A DNA stretch of 64,000 nucleotides from a candidate division NPL-UPA2 bacterium Unc8. GTDB lineage: Bacteria; NPL-UPA2. Of this stretch, positions 39,135-49,682 are shown piece by piece (within the stretch, counting starts at the first letter, position 1; every line of letters begins with the position of its first letter). Below the pieces are notes generated by a model, which was not told the origin of the DNA, searched no databases, and saw nothing but the letters and a program-made list of their open reading frames with translations. Both the position numbers and the translations under genes were made by a program. The stretch is from positions 646 to 64,645 of the forward strand of contig NDHY01000003.1 of assembly GCA_003574845.1 (NCBI GenBank), in the 5' to 3' direction.

Positions 39135-39689
39135 CTATTTCCGTCCTATTTCTTTAAATGCCTCCTCAATTTTTTCTTTAAGCTGTTTTGCCCTTTTCAT
39201 CAACTCAATTAATTGGTCCTCTGAATCTTCTGGAAAATCTTCTGGCTTTACCTCATAGGCTTTGATTAAATTACCAACTACTCTCTGGGTATGTTCTAAT
39301 GTTATTCGTTTCATATCCTCTTTAGTAATTTTTCTCTTTCTAAGCTTTGCTCTTGGGCCAGAGTAAAATCCCGCTTTCTCCATCTCCTCTTCATTCTCAT
39401 CTTCAGATTCTACCTCTTTAAATCTTCTTATCTCAAATCGCTTATCTTTTTTAAGATAATCTAAAAACTCATTATACTGAGGTAGGTCATATCCTTGGAA
39501 ACTTAGCTCTTTCCATATTTTTTTTACAGGCACATAAAAATCCTCTGCCCCTTCTAACATAGATAAAACTCTATTCAAAGCTTCTTTATCCATATAACGG
39601 CCCTCCCTATATATCCTGAAGTCTGCCCAGAAACCAGTGTTCATTGCCCCTCCTGTCATTGCGAGGAACGAAGCAATCTCACCGTTCAT
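39135..39689 (-). CDS. hypothetical acidic, Lys/Glu-rich protein
   Basis: 184-aa ORF with no recognisable domain, flanked by long non-coding stretches. Confidence 0.4.
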   Translation of the reverse strand: MNGEIASFLAMTGGAMNTGFWADFRIYREGRYMDKEALNRVLSMLEGAEDFYVPVKKIWKELSFQGYDLPQYNEFLDYLKKDKRFEIRRFKEVESEDENEEEMEKAGFYSGPRAKLRKRKITKEDMKRITLEHTQRVVGNLIKAYEVKPEDFPEDSEDQLIELMKRAKQLKEKIEEAFKEIGRK

Positions 39690-39994
39690 CCTGTCAAATA
39701 TTAAGACCTGTATAATGTTTCAGAGCTGGTCAATCTCGTTAGACGTTTACTATCTAATGGGGTCAATTTGATGTTCGTGTTGTTTGAATTTTACATATTC
39801 TGATCACCAAGAGAAGTAAAACCGGAGATTTCATCAGCGATTGGGGCTTCTGGTGGAGCTTCCAGCCGGGCACTGGGTGGAGAATTGAGACCAACATCAG
39901 GCATTACCTATTTTCTCCCCATATTTTGTGCCCAGGATGCCCCAGGGTGCGTTTTAATAAGATGAGTGCATGTATAGTATGGCAAAAACAAGAC

Positions 39995-40024
39995 TTGACA
40001 AGGTAGGTGCACCTATGGTATAAC
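39995..40024 (+). promoter_or_regulatory. orphan near-consensus sigma70-type promoter inside a 0.9 kb non-coding island
   Basis: TTGACA (39995-40000), 18-bp spacer, TATAAC (40019-40024). A 10-bp hairpin follows at 40065-40092. Confidence 0.3.
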
Positions 40025-40582
40025 ACGATATGGGAGTGCGGATAACCCAATCCCCTCCCAATATTTAACGCAGTGGGGGTGCAGAACCGATTCTGCATCC
40101 CCACCACCCCACTATCAATAATCAATAAATTATTCCTCGTAACTTATAAAATACCTAATCTTTCTAAATAATCTATTGAATAACCTATCGTCACTGCTTC
40201 GTTTTCCTTGATTTTGAAGCCTCCGAGCCAATATCTCATTATCCGCATCCGCTTCCTTCTCGCCTGCCTCTCTGCCCACCGGGCACGCCAACCATTCATC
40301 ACAACCTAATTCTCCTCCAAAAAGCGCCACCATTCACCCTGCAAAATCTCGCCCTTTGAGACACTACCGCATATTCGGCACACCAACTCCTGGGTAGATT
40401 GCCACACATAACAAAAGCTACCAGCAGCACTGCATACAGGACATCTCGGCGCTTTAAGCCATTCCCATTTTAACTTCTTTAGCTTTCGTTATTGTAACGA
40501 ATTATGGCTGTTTTGCCAAGTTTTTCATTATAGTAACGTAATTATAGAGATTCTTTTTCAAGGTGCGGCGCTTCTTATTGGA

Positions 40583-41263
40583 TTATTCGTTTTTTCGGGT
40601 TTGGACTAAATTACAGTATTCGCAATCCTGACTTGATTCCGGCATTGGAGAGTACAATGAGAGAGCAGCATCTTTGACTATTTTCTTAGCTGATTCAACG
40701 TTGGTTTCTATTTTTATTGGTTCCACATGAAACTTAACTACGCCATCTTCCCTTACTTCCAGGGGCCAATAATATAACAGATAGGCAATATCCATAATTT
40801 CATATCCGCTGCCTTTCAGCATCAGACAATAACAGTCCAGTTGTGTCTGGTAATATTTCCTTGGGTCTCCTCTTAGCTCATACCCCCTTGTTTTGTAGTC
40901 CAGAGGAATGTGAAGATTATTTTCTATGAGGCAGTCGTCCAATGCGCCTGATAGGCAAACGGCAAGGGAGGTATCCTTATAGCATAAGTTGGTGTTTTTC
41001 CAGCTTCTCCACTTTTCCAGCATAGCAATATCAGGAAAAAGCTTTCCGGTCACCATACCTTCAATTTCAGGAGGCAATTCATTTTTCAGGCGGTAGCCGT
41101 CAAAATATTTTTTAATCACAGTATCCATCCCGCCAGGCAAAGACGGAAATATGCCGCGCGGTCTCCTTATGTCTCTGTTTTTCTCAAGCCAGAAACAACG
41201 CGGACAATCCAAAAAAATATTCAAACTGGAAGGAGATAAATTTATTTTATTGTTTCTTGACAT
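40583..41263 (-). CDS. Cas4/RecB-like PD-(D/E)xK nuclease with Fe-S cysteine cluster (DUF83-like), standalone
   Basis: N-terminal LNIFLDCPRCFWLEK matches the Cas4/AddB (Y/F)xCPR(K/R)(F/Y)(Y/W)L motif. C-terminal CEYC. 227 aa. Start overlaps the rarA 3' end. Confidence 0.5.
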   Translation of the reverse strand: MSRNNKINLSPSSLNIFLDCPRCFWLEKNRDIRRPRGIFPSLPGGMDTVIKKYFDGYRLKNELPPEIEGMVTGKLFPDIAMLEKWRSWKNTNLCYKDTSLAVCLSGALDDCLIENNLHIPLDYKTRGYELRGDPRKYYQTQLDCYCLMLKGSGYEIMDIAYLLYYWPLEVREDGVVKFHVEPIKIETNVESAKKIVKDAALSLYSPMPESSQDCEYCNLVQTRKNE

Positions 41264-42497
41264 TACCTGGTCCTTCAACATAATATTTTTTGCCTTTTAA
41301 TTTTTCGGGAAGATATTCTTCTTTTACCCGACCTCCCTTGAAATTATGGGGATATTTATACCCTTTACCATAACCCAGGTCTCTCATAAGGGAGGTCGGC
41401 GCATTGCGTAGATGGAGTGGAACCGGAAGAGCGCCATATTTTTTCACATCCTCCAGCGCCTTTTTATATGTGATAAGGGCAGAGTTACTTTTTGGGGCAT
41501 TTGCAAGATAGATTGCTGTTTGGGAAAGAGGTAAATAATCCTCAGGTCTTCCCACAAAGTGGACGGCATCCTTACAGGAAACTGCAAGAGTAAGCGCTTG
41601 GGGGTCGGCATTTCCCACATCCTCTGCGGCAAATATCACCATCCTCCTTACTATAAAAAGCGGGGACTCACCTGCTTCCAGCATCCTCGCGAGCCAATAT
41701 ACGGCAGCATCAGGGTCAGAACCCCTTAAGGATTTTATGAATGCGGATATAAGATTATAATGCTCCTCGCCTTTCTTGTCATAGATTAGGGGAAGTTCTT
41801 TTACAATTTCCTTTATTCTATTTAGCATTATCGTTCTTTTATCTCTTTTCTCTGCCGTAATGACTGCAAATTCCAGTATATTAAGAGCAACCCGTCCGTC
41901 ACCGCCTGAGATTTCTGCTATGTAATCTCTCACGTTTTCTGCAATGTCCGGATTCAATCCTCTTAATCCTCTTTCATCTGTAATGGCTCTGTCTATGATA
42001 ATTCTTATCTCTTCTTTTAAGAGTGGATAAAAAACATAAACAGTTGTGCGGGAAAGCAATGGGGAAATCACCTCAAATGAAGGATTTTCAGTAGTTACAC
42101 CTATAAGAATTATCGTCCCATCCTCAACATAGGGCAGGAATGCATCTTGCTGTGCCTTATTGAACCTGTGTATCTCGTCTATGAACAGAACGGTTCTATC
42201 TTTTGCTAAATTTGCTTCTGCTATTGCTCTCCTTACATCACTCACGCCAGATAGCACCGCACTGAATGAGGTGGATCTATATCCTTTTAGTGAAGACAGG
42301 AGTCTTGCAAGCGTAGTCTTGCCAGTTCCGGGAGGTCCCCAGAATATCATTGAGTGAAGCTCACCCTTCGCTACTGCCTCTTTTATTGGCCCTTTCCCTG
42401 AAAGAAGATGAGTCTGCCCCACAAACTCATCAAGAACCGCAGGCCTCATCCTCTCCGCAAGAGGCGGTCTTTTCTTTTCTGCAAACAAGTTTTGCAT
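41247..42497 (-). CDS. rarA: replication-associated recombination protein A (AAA+ ATPase MgsA/RarA)
   Basis: MRPAVLDEFVGQTHLL..MIFWGPPGTGKTTLARL Walker A, DEIHRFNKAQQDAFLPYVE Walker B/sensor. 416 aa. Confidence 0.9.
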   Translation of the reverse strand: MQNLFAEKKRPPLAERMRPAVLDEFVGQTHLLSGKGPIKEAVAKGELHSMIFWGPPGTGKTTLARLLSSLKGYRSTSFSAVLSGVSDVRRAIAEANLAKDRTVLFIDEIHRFNKAQQDAFLPYVEDGTIILIGVTTENPSFEVISPLLSRTTVYVFYPLLKEEIRIIIDRAITDERGLRGLNPDIAENVRDYIAEISGGDGRVALNILEFAVITAEKRDKRTIMLNRIKEIVKELPLIYDKKGEEHYNLISAFIKSLRGSDPDAAVYWLARMLEAGESPLFIVRRMVIFAAEDVGNADPQALTLAVSCKDAVHFVGRPEDYLPLSQTAIYLANAPKSNSALITYKKALEDVKKYGALPVPLHLRNAPTSLMRDLGYGKGYKYPHNFKGGRVKEEYLPEKLKGKKYYVEGPGNVKKQ

Positions 42498-42512
42498 AAT
42501 TACAAGTTGATG

Positions 42513-42875
42513 TTATGCGGAATAAAGAAGTAGTGCCCCAATGGCTAATGGGATAAACCCGAGGAAACGCAAAGATAGGAGTGATTTTTTATTAAACCAG
42601 TTGAGCATAGATTCTATTTTTTCTCTAAAGGTAAAAATAGCAATGCCCGATGCAAGGGCTAAGATGCCTAATATAATTATAGCCACAGGTAATCTGCTCT
42701 GTGATGCAGCATATAAGAGCATCCCGCCAATTAAAAGCCTTAAAGCACCTATTGCGTAGAATCTTTTTCCCTGACCCGTAAAAGTCATAATCTGCTTCAA
42801 TACCATGGGGTTTAACAGGAAAATAATCCCCATGGCAATGGCAACTATACCGAAAACCCTAACTGCTATTACCAT
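42513..42875 (-). CDS. small 4-TM membrane protein
   Basis: Hydrophobic 120-aa ORF. Confidence 0.4.
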   Translation of the reverse strand: MVIAVRVFGIVAIAMGIIFLLNPMVLKQIMTFTGQGKRFYAIGALRLLIGGMLLYAASQSRLPVAIIILGILALASGIAIFTFREKIESMLNWFNKKSLLSLRFLGFIPLAIGALLLYSA

Positions 42876-42891
42876 AATTTACTTCCCCCTT

Positions 42892-43389
42892 TTATGTTAC
42901 TCTGACGCCAATAATAATGAGCATAATTATTGCGACCACTACCTTGGCTGCAATCGCCCCGAATCTTCCAATAATGCCTCCAGCACCAGCCTTAAGAGAT
43001 TTTACAAGGTCTCTCTTGGTAATAATCTCTGATAGAAATATTCCCAGAAAAATGCCGAGAAATGTGCCCAGAATTATACCTATTCCTAAAAAAGCCGTTC
43101 CGAGCATTGCCCCAATAACGCCTCCGATAAGGGCACCAAGAGCGGCTTTATTAGAACCACCAAATTTTTTAGTACTAATGACAACCATAACATATTCAAG
43201 CACCTCTCCGCACAGGCAAAGAAGCAAGAGGATAATAAGATGTCTTACCGTAATAATATCAAAGCCGGTCAAAATTGCATATATAATAGAGCCTGCAAGA
43301 ATAATGAAAGTTCCGATTGGGGTAAAGAAAATACCTGCGAATCCCGCCAGGCTGAATATTATTAAAATTATTAACGCTACTACCTCCAC
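42892..43389 (-). CDS. DUF456-like (YqgC-like) membrane protein
   Basis: Glycine-zipper-rich TM segments (GALIGGVIGAMLGTAFLGIGIILGTFLGIFLGIF). 165 aa. Confidence 0.45.
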   Translation of the reverse strand: MEVVALIILIIFSLAGFAGIFFTPIGTFIILAGSIIYAILTGFDIITVRHLIILLLLCLCGEVLEYVMVVISTKKFGGSNKAALGALIGGVIGAMLGTAFLGIGIILGTFLGIFLGIFLSEIITKRDLVKSLKAGAGGIIGRFGAIAAKVVVAIIMLIIIGVRVT

Positions 43390-43551
43390 GCTATTTCCAC
43401 CTTAATTTTTTCATTAGCATCAAATATTACTTTGCCTTTTTGAAAAGCAATTTTTTCTCTTAACCTTTGGGGAGATCCCCATTTTTCCCTCCTTCCTCAA
43501 ATGCCTGTTTGTGATATGCTACATTAATTATGAATAAATTGCAAAAAATCC

Positions 43552-43580
43552 TTGCAAGAGTAAGGCATCTATGATTAAAT
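43552..43580 (+). promoter_or_regulatory. candidate promoter of the lysM-ABC operon
   Basis: TTGCAA, 17-bp spacer, TTAAAT, about 90 nt upstream of the lysM ATG. Confidence 0.3.
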
Positions 43581-43670
43581 TGCAGAAGCATAAACCCCAT
43601 TAGAGATTTATCTCCAATAGGGTAAAGTGAATTTTAATTTTAGAGGTGATAGGTAAAAGGAGGAATGTAG

Positions 43671-44078
43671 ATGAAGTGGTTAAAAGTTATAGGAATTGTA
43701 TCGGCAGCTGGGATGATGGTTATTATCGTTTCAGGATGCCCTCTGCGGAGACGCCCTGAGCCCGTAGTTGAGGAAGTTATAGAGGAAAAAGTTATAAAAA
43801 AAATTGATATTGTATGCCCACATTGTGGCGAGCCTTTTGTATACCTATATGAGCCTGACCCGGTTGCCGAGGTAGCTGAGGAAGTTGTAGAAGAAATAGT
43901 AATGCCAGAGGTTTATGTTCGCTACACGGTGAGGAGGGGCGATAGTCTCTGGAGCATCGCAAACTCTTTTTATGGCGAGCCTCTCCGGTGGGAAGAGATT
44001 TGGAGGGTTAATCGCGACCAGCTTCCTGCTCCTGACACATTGAAGGTAGGAATGGTCTTGATTATTCCCAAGGATTAA
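43671..44078 (+). CDS. LysM-domain lipoprotein
   Basis: Lipobox IVSGC. C-terminal LysM (YTVRRGDSLWSIANSFYG...LKVGMVLIIP). Confidence 0.6.
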   Translation: MKWLKVIGIVSAAGMMVIIVSGCPLRRRPEPVVEEVIEEKVIKKIDIVCPHCGEPFVYLYEPDPVAEVAEEVVEEIVMPEVYVRYTVRRGDSLWSIANSFYGEPLRWEEIWRVNRDQLPAPDTLKVGMVLIIPKD

Positions 44079-44092
44079 ACCATGATTAAACC

Positions 44093-44944
44093 ATGAATGA
44101 AATAGCTATTAAAACAAATAATTTGACCAAAGTATATAAAAATTTCTGGGGACGTCCGCGAGTGCGTGCCCTCAATAGGCTTAACCTTGAAATCCATCGC
44201 GGAGAAATATTTGGACTTCTGGGTCCCAATGGTTCCGGAAAAACAACGGCAGTGAAATTACTGCTCGGACTTCTTTTCCCTACTTACGGTAACTCCCGGG
44301 TTCTGGGTGCGCCTGCCGGTGACGTACGCACATACCAAAAAATAGGGTTTCTTCCTGAAGAATCCTATTTCTATCGTTTCCTTAATGCCGAGGAAATCCT
44401 TGATTTTTATGGTCGGCTGTTTGGAATCCCCAAAAAGGAGCGTCTAAAAAAAAGTGAGGAACTGATTAACCTTACCGGGCTCGCAGACGCAAAAAAAAGG
44501 AGACTTGGGGAGTACTCAAAGGGTATGGCAAGAAGAATCGGACTTGCCCAAGCTCTCATCAATGACCCGGAATTGATTTTTCTTGATGAGCCAACCAGCG
44601 GTATGGACCCTATTGGTTGTCGCGAGATAAAAGACATTGTCCTTGACTTTAAACGTCGCGGTAAAACGACTCTTCTTTGCTCCCACCTACTGGCTGACGT
44701 AGAGGATGTATGCGATAGAGTCGCCATTCTCCACAAGGGAAACTTGATCAAAATGGGGGCAGTGAATGACCTTCTCACCATTAAAGATATTATTCAATTT
44801 AGCATAAAAACCCCATCCGAGGAAGCCTTAAGCAGGATAAAAACTGTTTTGAATAAAGAGAGCGAGGTGGTTGAAATAAATCATCCGGCGGAAACGATGG
44901 AAGAGCTTTTCCTGGAAACGATTAAAGAGGCAGATAAGAATTGA
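44093..44944 (+). CDS. ABC transporter ATP-binding protein
   Basis: Walker [10 protein letters not shown], signature LSGGM-like YSKGMARR, Walker [12 protein letters not shown]. Confidence 0.85.
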   Translation: MNEIAIKTNNLTKVYKNFWGRPRVRALNRLNLEIHRGEIFGLLGPNGSGKTTAVKLLLGLLFPTYGNSRVLGAPAGDVRTYQKIGFLPEESYFYRFLNAEEILDFYGRLFGIPKKERLKKSEELINLTGLADAKKRRLGEYSKGMARRIGLAQALINDPELIFLDEPTSGMDPIGCREIKDIVLDFKRRGKTTLLCSHLLADVEDVCDRVAILHKGNLIKMGAVNDLLTIKDIIQFSIKTPSEEALSRIKTVLNKESEVVEINHPAETMEELFLETIKEADKN

Positions 44945-45735
44945 GAATCATCGGTATTGCTAAATATACTTTCAAAGAAGCTTCCAGAAAAAAGATTTTC
45001 TTCGTTGTTGGACTCTTTTTCTTGATTTTAATGGTCTGCTCGCAATTCATGGAGGTCATCAGCCCGGAGGATCGCATTAAGCTTATGGTGCGGCTCTCAA
45101 TTGCAGGAATGACCCTTTTTGGACTCATATCAGCTGTCTTTCTTGCCGCTACCTCGCTTCCCAAGGAAGTAGAAAATAAGCAGATTTATACCACAATGAC
45201 AAAACCACTCAGCCGCTGGGGATTTCTTCTCGGGAAAGCAATGGGAGTCATCTCTGTTATTGCCCTGCTGCTATTTATAATGGCTGGGCTTTGCATGATT
45301 TTTGCCTATTTTGTTGAAGGGAGTATTGGTTTAAACTTCTTCAAGGCAGTCATGATGCTTTTCTTTAAACTCACCTTAATGGTTTTTATAACCGTAATGG
45401 GAACTACCTTTTTATCTTTTTCGGTGAGCGCCATTTTATCTCTCTTCATATTCTTTGTTGGTCACATGACTGAACTGTTAGAGGATATAGTCAAGCTTAT
45501 AGCTCTTAGAGGGGAGGAAATTCCAGGCTTATGGGAAAGGATGGTCCGGGCTTCTATAGAATTATTTGCCAGAGCCTTTCCCGACTTTCGAGTATTTAGC
45601 GCTTCTGACTTTGTCATTAATCAGATAGCCATCCCTTTTTTATATATGAGGAATGCATTTTTTTACGCCCTTATTTATATTTTGATTAGCTTTGCAATTG
45701 CCTCTCTCGTTTTTAAACACAGACAATTTACTTAA
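44941..45735 (+). CDS. ABC-2 family transporter permease
   Basis: 6-TM hydrophobic 264-aa protein directly after the ATPase (ATGA overlap). Confidence 0.6.
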   Translation: MRIIGIAKYTFKEASRKKIFFVVGLFFLILMVCSQFMEVISPEDRIKLMVRLSIAGMTLFGLISAVFLAATSLPKEVENKQIYTTMTKPLSRWGFLLGKAMGVISVIALLLFIMAGLCMIFAYFVEGSIGLNFFKAVMMLFFKLTLMVFITVMGTTFLSFSVSAILSLFIFFVGHMTELLEDIVKLIALRGEEIPGLWERMVRASIELFARAFPDFRVFSASDFVINQIAIPFLYMRNAFFYALIYILISFAIASLVFKHRQFT

Positions 45736-45739
45736 TATT

Positions 45740-46534
45740 ATGAAGAAAATGGCATTTTATCTTTTGTTTATTATTCTCTTTGCTTCCCTCATTCCTTTAC
45801 AGGAAAGAATAAATCGGCTGCGAGAAGAAGAAAAACTTATTGAAGTTGAAATATTTGAAGCGACAACGCCCAGCGATGTCTGGGGAACTTTGCTTTTAGG
45901 TGGTTTTCGTGGAATTGCCGTAAACATCCTCTGGGTAAGAGCAATGAGGCTTCAATGGATAGAGGAAGATTTTTTGGAGCTGGTAGCTCTTTATGGGATA
46001 ATACAGGCTCTTCAGCCGCGCTTTGCTCTCATATGGTCATTTAGTTCCTGGAATATGGCATATAATATTGCCGGCCAGGTGGACACGGAAGAGGAAAAAT
46101 GGAAATGGATTCAAGCAGGCGTCTCTGACCTGGAAAAAGGAATTAAAAGGAATCCAGGAAATTTCCGTCTCCTACTTGAACTGGGCTGGTTCTATTTTGA
46201 TCGCATGGGTGGAGAGGCAGTCCGGCGTCCTGATGCTCCTTTTCACAGGAGGCAGCTTCAGAAAAAAGGAAGAGACCATCTTTACATGGCTCTTTACTGG
46301 TTTGAAAGAGCAGCCAAAGTAGAGAAGGATACTATTATTGCGGGTAGAGCAGTTGCTCAAGTCTTTGAAAGATTAGCAACTCGGGCAGAAAAAGAAGGTC
46401 AACTTGAGAAAAAAGTTTTTTACCAGAAGAAAACATTGGAACGGTGGAGGCGCAATTTAGAAATAGACCCGGACGATGCGGCATCGCAGCGGCACTACCA
46501 GCGCTGGAGAGAAAAGATTTATATGGAAAGATAA
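45740..46534 (+). CDS. hypothetical membrane-anchored protein within the ABC operon
   Basis: N-terminal TM (FYLLFIILFASLIPL), then a soluble helical domain. Start at MKKMAFY. Confidence 0.4.
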   Translation: MKKMAFYLLFIILFASLIPLQERINRLREEEKLIEVEIFEATTPSDVWGTLLLGGFRGIAVNILWVRAMRLQWIEEDFLELVALYGIIQALQPRFALIWSFSSWNMAYNIAGQVDTEEEKWKWIQAGVSDLEKGIKRNPGNFRLLLELGWFYFDRMGGEAVRRPDAPFHRRQLQKKGRDHLYMALYWFERAAKVEKDTIIAGRAVAQVFERLATRAEKEGQLEKKVFYQKKTLERWRRNLEIDPDDAASQRHYQRWREKIYMER

Positions 46535-47292
46535 TGAAGATTCTTGCTCTTATTGGAAATACCTACAAGGAGTCTGTCAGGCAGCCAGTCTTCTTTGTGC
46601 TTCTCATCGGTGGCGCTATTTTAATCTATACATCGCCATTTTATACTCTCTTTGCCTTCGGAGGAGAGACAAAGATGATAAAAGATATGGCATTTGCAAC
46701 TATCACTGTTTGCAGTTTATTGCTTGCTCTCCTCAGTGCTTCTACCGTCGTAGTCGATGAGATTGAGAGCAAGAGATTACTTACCCTTATTTCTAAACCA
46801 CTAACAAGAAGTGAGTTTATTTTCGGTAAGTTCATAGGCATTATCTTCAGTGTTTTTATGGCAATGGCTATCCTTACCCTAATTTTCGTTCTTACCCTAT
46901 GGCAGATAGGAGAATTAGAGCCGATGATTTTTAGAGGTATGATTTTAATCTATACGAAGGTAGCGTTACTGACCGCTATTTCAGTAGCCATATCTACGCG
47001 GATGCCAGTGATAGTAAATATAGTAATTTGCATTCTCCTGTTTATATTGGGATACCTTAACAACTATTTTTTTGGTTTCTTTGAGGGAAGAACTTTTTTT
47101 GTCCATTCCCTCGGACGAGTATTTTTCACAATCATTCCTAATCTGGAAAACTTTAATGTCGCTGCGGCGATTGCCGTTGGAACGCCTGTCTCTATCAGGT
47201 ATTTACTCTCAACCATTCTTTACGGCATTGTTTACATGGTCATTGCGCTCTTGATAGCAATAACCCTTTTTCAAAAAAGAGAAGTTGCATGA
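46535..47292 (+). CDS. ABC-2 family transporter permease (second)
   Basis: Start MKILALIGNTYKES overlapping the previous stop (TAATG). Polytopic. Confidence 0.6.
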
Positions 47293-47876
47293 CTCCGATG
47301 TCTCTCGTTTTACTAAAAAATACTATCTTCGCCTTTACAGATATTGAAACTACAGGGCTTGACCCCTTTCGTGGCGATAAGATATGTGAAATAGCTGTCC
47401 TGAGGAGCCGATACAAACAGAAAATCGCTTCTTTTCATAGTCTAATTGACCCTGGTCGCAATATTTCTCCTGCAGCATATGCAGTAAATGGTATAACCGA
47501 GGAGATGCTTATCGGTAAGCCAAAGTTTGCCGAGGTAGCAACTGAAATACTGGACGTTCTTCATAAAGCAGTTATTGTCTGTCATAATGCTCCATTTGAC
47601 ATAGGATTTCTTGAATCCGAGATTAACTTGATGGGACTTACCATTCCTGAGTTTCCAGTAATTGATACATTAATTATCTCTCGACGCTACTTTAATTTCC
47701 AAGGTAATAACTTGAATAGCGTAGCAAGGTGCCTGGGGGTTAAGATTGACCAGCAGCATCGGGCAATGAGCGATGTCATTACAACCGAGAAGATTTTCTG
47801 GGAGCTTATTAAGGACCTCCAGCGGAGGGGAGGAGTAAATACACTTGCTGATGTGTTTTCTCTTTGCAAGAAGTAA
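47289..47876 (+). CDS. DEDDh 3'-5' exonuclease (DnaQ/epsilon-like, standalone)
   Basis: Exo I motif FTDIETTGLDP, Exo II VVCHNAPFDIGFL, Exo III HRAMSDV. 195 aa. Confidence 0.7.
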   Translation: MTPMSLVLLKNTIFAFTDIETTGLDPFRGDKICEIAVLRSRYKQKIASFHSLIDPGRNISPAAYAVNGITEEMLIGKPKFAEVATEILDVLHKAVIVCHNAPFDIGFLESEINLMGLTIPEFPVIDTLIISRRYFNFQGNNLNSVARCLGVKIDQQHRAMSDVITTEKIFWELIKDLQRRGGVNTLADVFSLCKK

Positions 47877-47975
47877 GATTATAGCAGTTTTATTACTTAA
47901 AGTAAAATATGAGCAAGGTGGTGCTATTATGTTGGATTTCATTAACATAGCCATTAGAAGTATTTAAAGGAGGGT

Positions 47976-49663
47976 ATGATGTCCAGTAGAACTCAAACGC
48001 TTATGGTGAACACCCCTATAAAAGCCCAGCAGGTTGCACTCAAGGAGCTGAGTGAAGATGCAAGAGCCAGGAGACCTGGATTGAAATGGTCTCTGGACCT
48101 GGAAAGAGCAAGATTGTTAACAGAATCCTACAAGCAAACCGAAGGGGAGCCGATGGCTCTGAGGAGAGCAAAGGCCCTGGCGCATATCCTGGCAAATATG
48201 ACCGTATATATTCGGCAGGGGGAGATGATTGTGGATAACTATGCATCTAATTCGGACTCTGTTCCTATCTATCCTGAGCTTGCCTGGAGATGGATAGTAA
48301 GAGAGACGGCGCCTGGAGCGGCTTATGACAGTCTGTTGACCGACGAAGGCAGGGAGGAAATGAAACGAGTTATATAGTCCTGGACGCTACGAAAAGCGTG
48401 AGAGCTATAATTCCTCCTCTCGCATTAAGATGGCACGATGGAATGCCCAGGAAGTTAATTAATAAAGCTATTGAAGTGTTGGCTTCAGGAATGCCTCAGC
48501 CTGCTATCTTCAATGACAAAGTAAATATATTAAGACTGGTCAGCCTCGGCTGCCCCATCAAAGATGCCAATAACTATTCCATCAACAATTGCATGGTGCC
48601 AACTATCCCGGGGAAGAACTTCAATCATAAATCAGATTGGGCTACCGGCATACCTGTTCCTCTGTGCTTGAATTATGCCCTGGGAATAAGTCCTCTGGCG
48701 CTAATAAAGAGGGGAGGCGATAAGACAATAGACCCGGCAACACTAAGCTCAGTAGATGAATTGCTTGATGTCACGGTGGAAAACTGCAAATGGCTTGCGC
48801 ATCAGCTAACTCTCATAGCGAACATCGCTGATGCTATTTACCAGGAATATGCGCCAAGGCCATTTTTATCAGCCGTGATTGATGACTGTATTGAGAGAGC
48901 TCAGGATGTCAGGGATTGGAACTACACGCCAGATTACAGAGACATTGTGTTTTTGGGTCTTAACAACGGCGCCGATTCCCTGGCAGCCATAAAGAAGCTG
49001 GTATTTGATGAAAAGAAGATATCTATGGAGAAACTGGTCAAGGCTTTGAAAAGCAATTGGCATGGATATGAAGACCTCCAACAGATGTGTCTTGGAGCTC
49101 CCAAGTTTGGCAACGATGACGATTATGTTGATTCAATATCGCGCGAGCTTGGAAGAAGAATCTCTGAAGAGACCATGAAATGCAAAACGAACCGGGGAAC
49201 TCCTGTTACTGTGGACGGCACAACAGCAACAGGCTGGTGGAGCTTGGGGCGTCTTTGCGCAGCTACAGCAGATGGCAGAAGAGCGGGTGAAGCCCTCCAT
49301 GACTGGTCAATTTCACCGATGGCTGGCAGGGACAAAAGAGGGCCTACAGCAGTGCTGAAATCAGTTTCAAAGGTTGACCCACTGATGACCTGGAATCACC
49401 TGTTGAATCAGAGCTTCATGCCCCAATATCTCCTCGGTCATAATGCCGAGCTGTTTGCCCAATATCTGAAGACCTTCGGCGACTTAGGTATTCACCATAT
49501 TCAGTTCACTACAGTTGACAGGGAGACGCTAAAAGATGCCCGGTCCCATCCGGAGAAACATTCCAGCTTGATGGTGAGGGTTGCCGGGTTTTCTGCTTAC
49601 TTCATAGACCTCGACAAGAACTTACAGGATTCAATTATTGCCAGAACTCCCCAGTGTTTCTGA
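47976..49663 (+). pseudogene. glycyl-radical enzyme of the glycerol-dehydratase/PFL2 family, disrupted by an internal deletion of about 185 codons plus a frameshift. Catalytic Glu is replaced.
   Basis: ORF 47976-48377 matches the GRE N-terminus (ERARLLTESYKQTEGEPMALRRAKALAHIL.N..VYIRQGEMIV). ORF 48329/48398-49663 in another frame matches the C-terminal two-thirds, including the Cys loop (INNCMVPTIPGK vs GCVEPQKPGK) and the glycine-radical motif MVRVAGFSAYFIDLDK..IIARTPQ. The junction maps to GDH residues around 150 and 335. Confidence 0.6.
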
Positions 49664-49682
49664 CTTCCTGAAAGAGAAGGGT

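Noticed and set aside
40306-40478. 55-codon minus-strand frame encoding a double-CxxC zinc ribbon
   Set aside because: No ATG, GTG or TTG start after the upstream stop, so it is not called as a CDS. Kept only as a note in the findings.
39700-40582. tmRNA, RNase P RNA, SRP RNA or 6S RNA in the non-coding island
   Set aside because: None of the diagnostic motifs could be found by eye on either strand: RNase P AGGAAAGUCC/ACAGNRA, SRP GGAA-AGCAG helix 8, tmRNA tRNA-like end with a resume codon. Left as an unclassified structured region.
40583-41263. Cas4-like nuclease as evidence of a CRISPR-Cas locus
   Set aside because: No repeat array and no other cas genes within 20 kb on either side. Treated as a standalone nuclease.
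42917-43405. 162-aa plus-strand ORF opposite the DUF456 membrane protein
   Set aside because: Proline- and arginine-rich shadow of a hydrophobic gene on the other strand.
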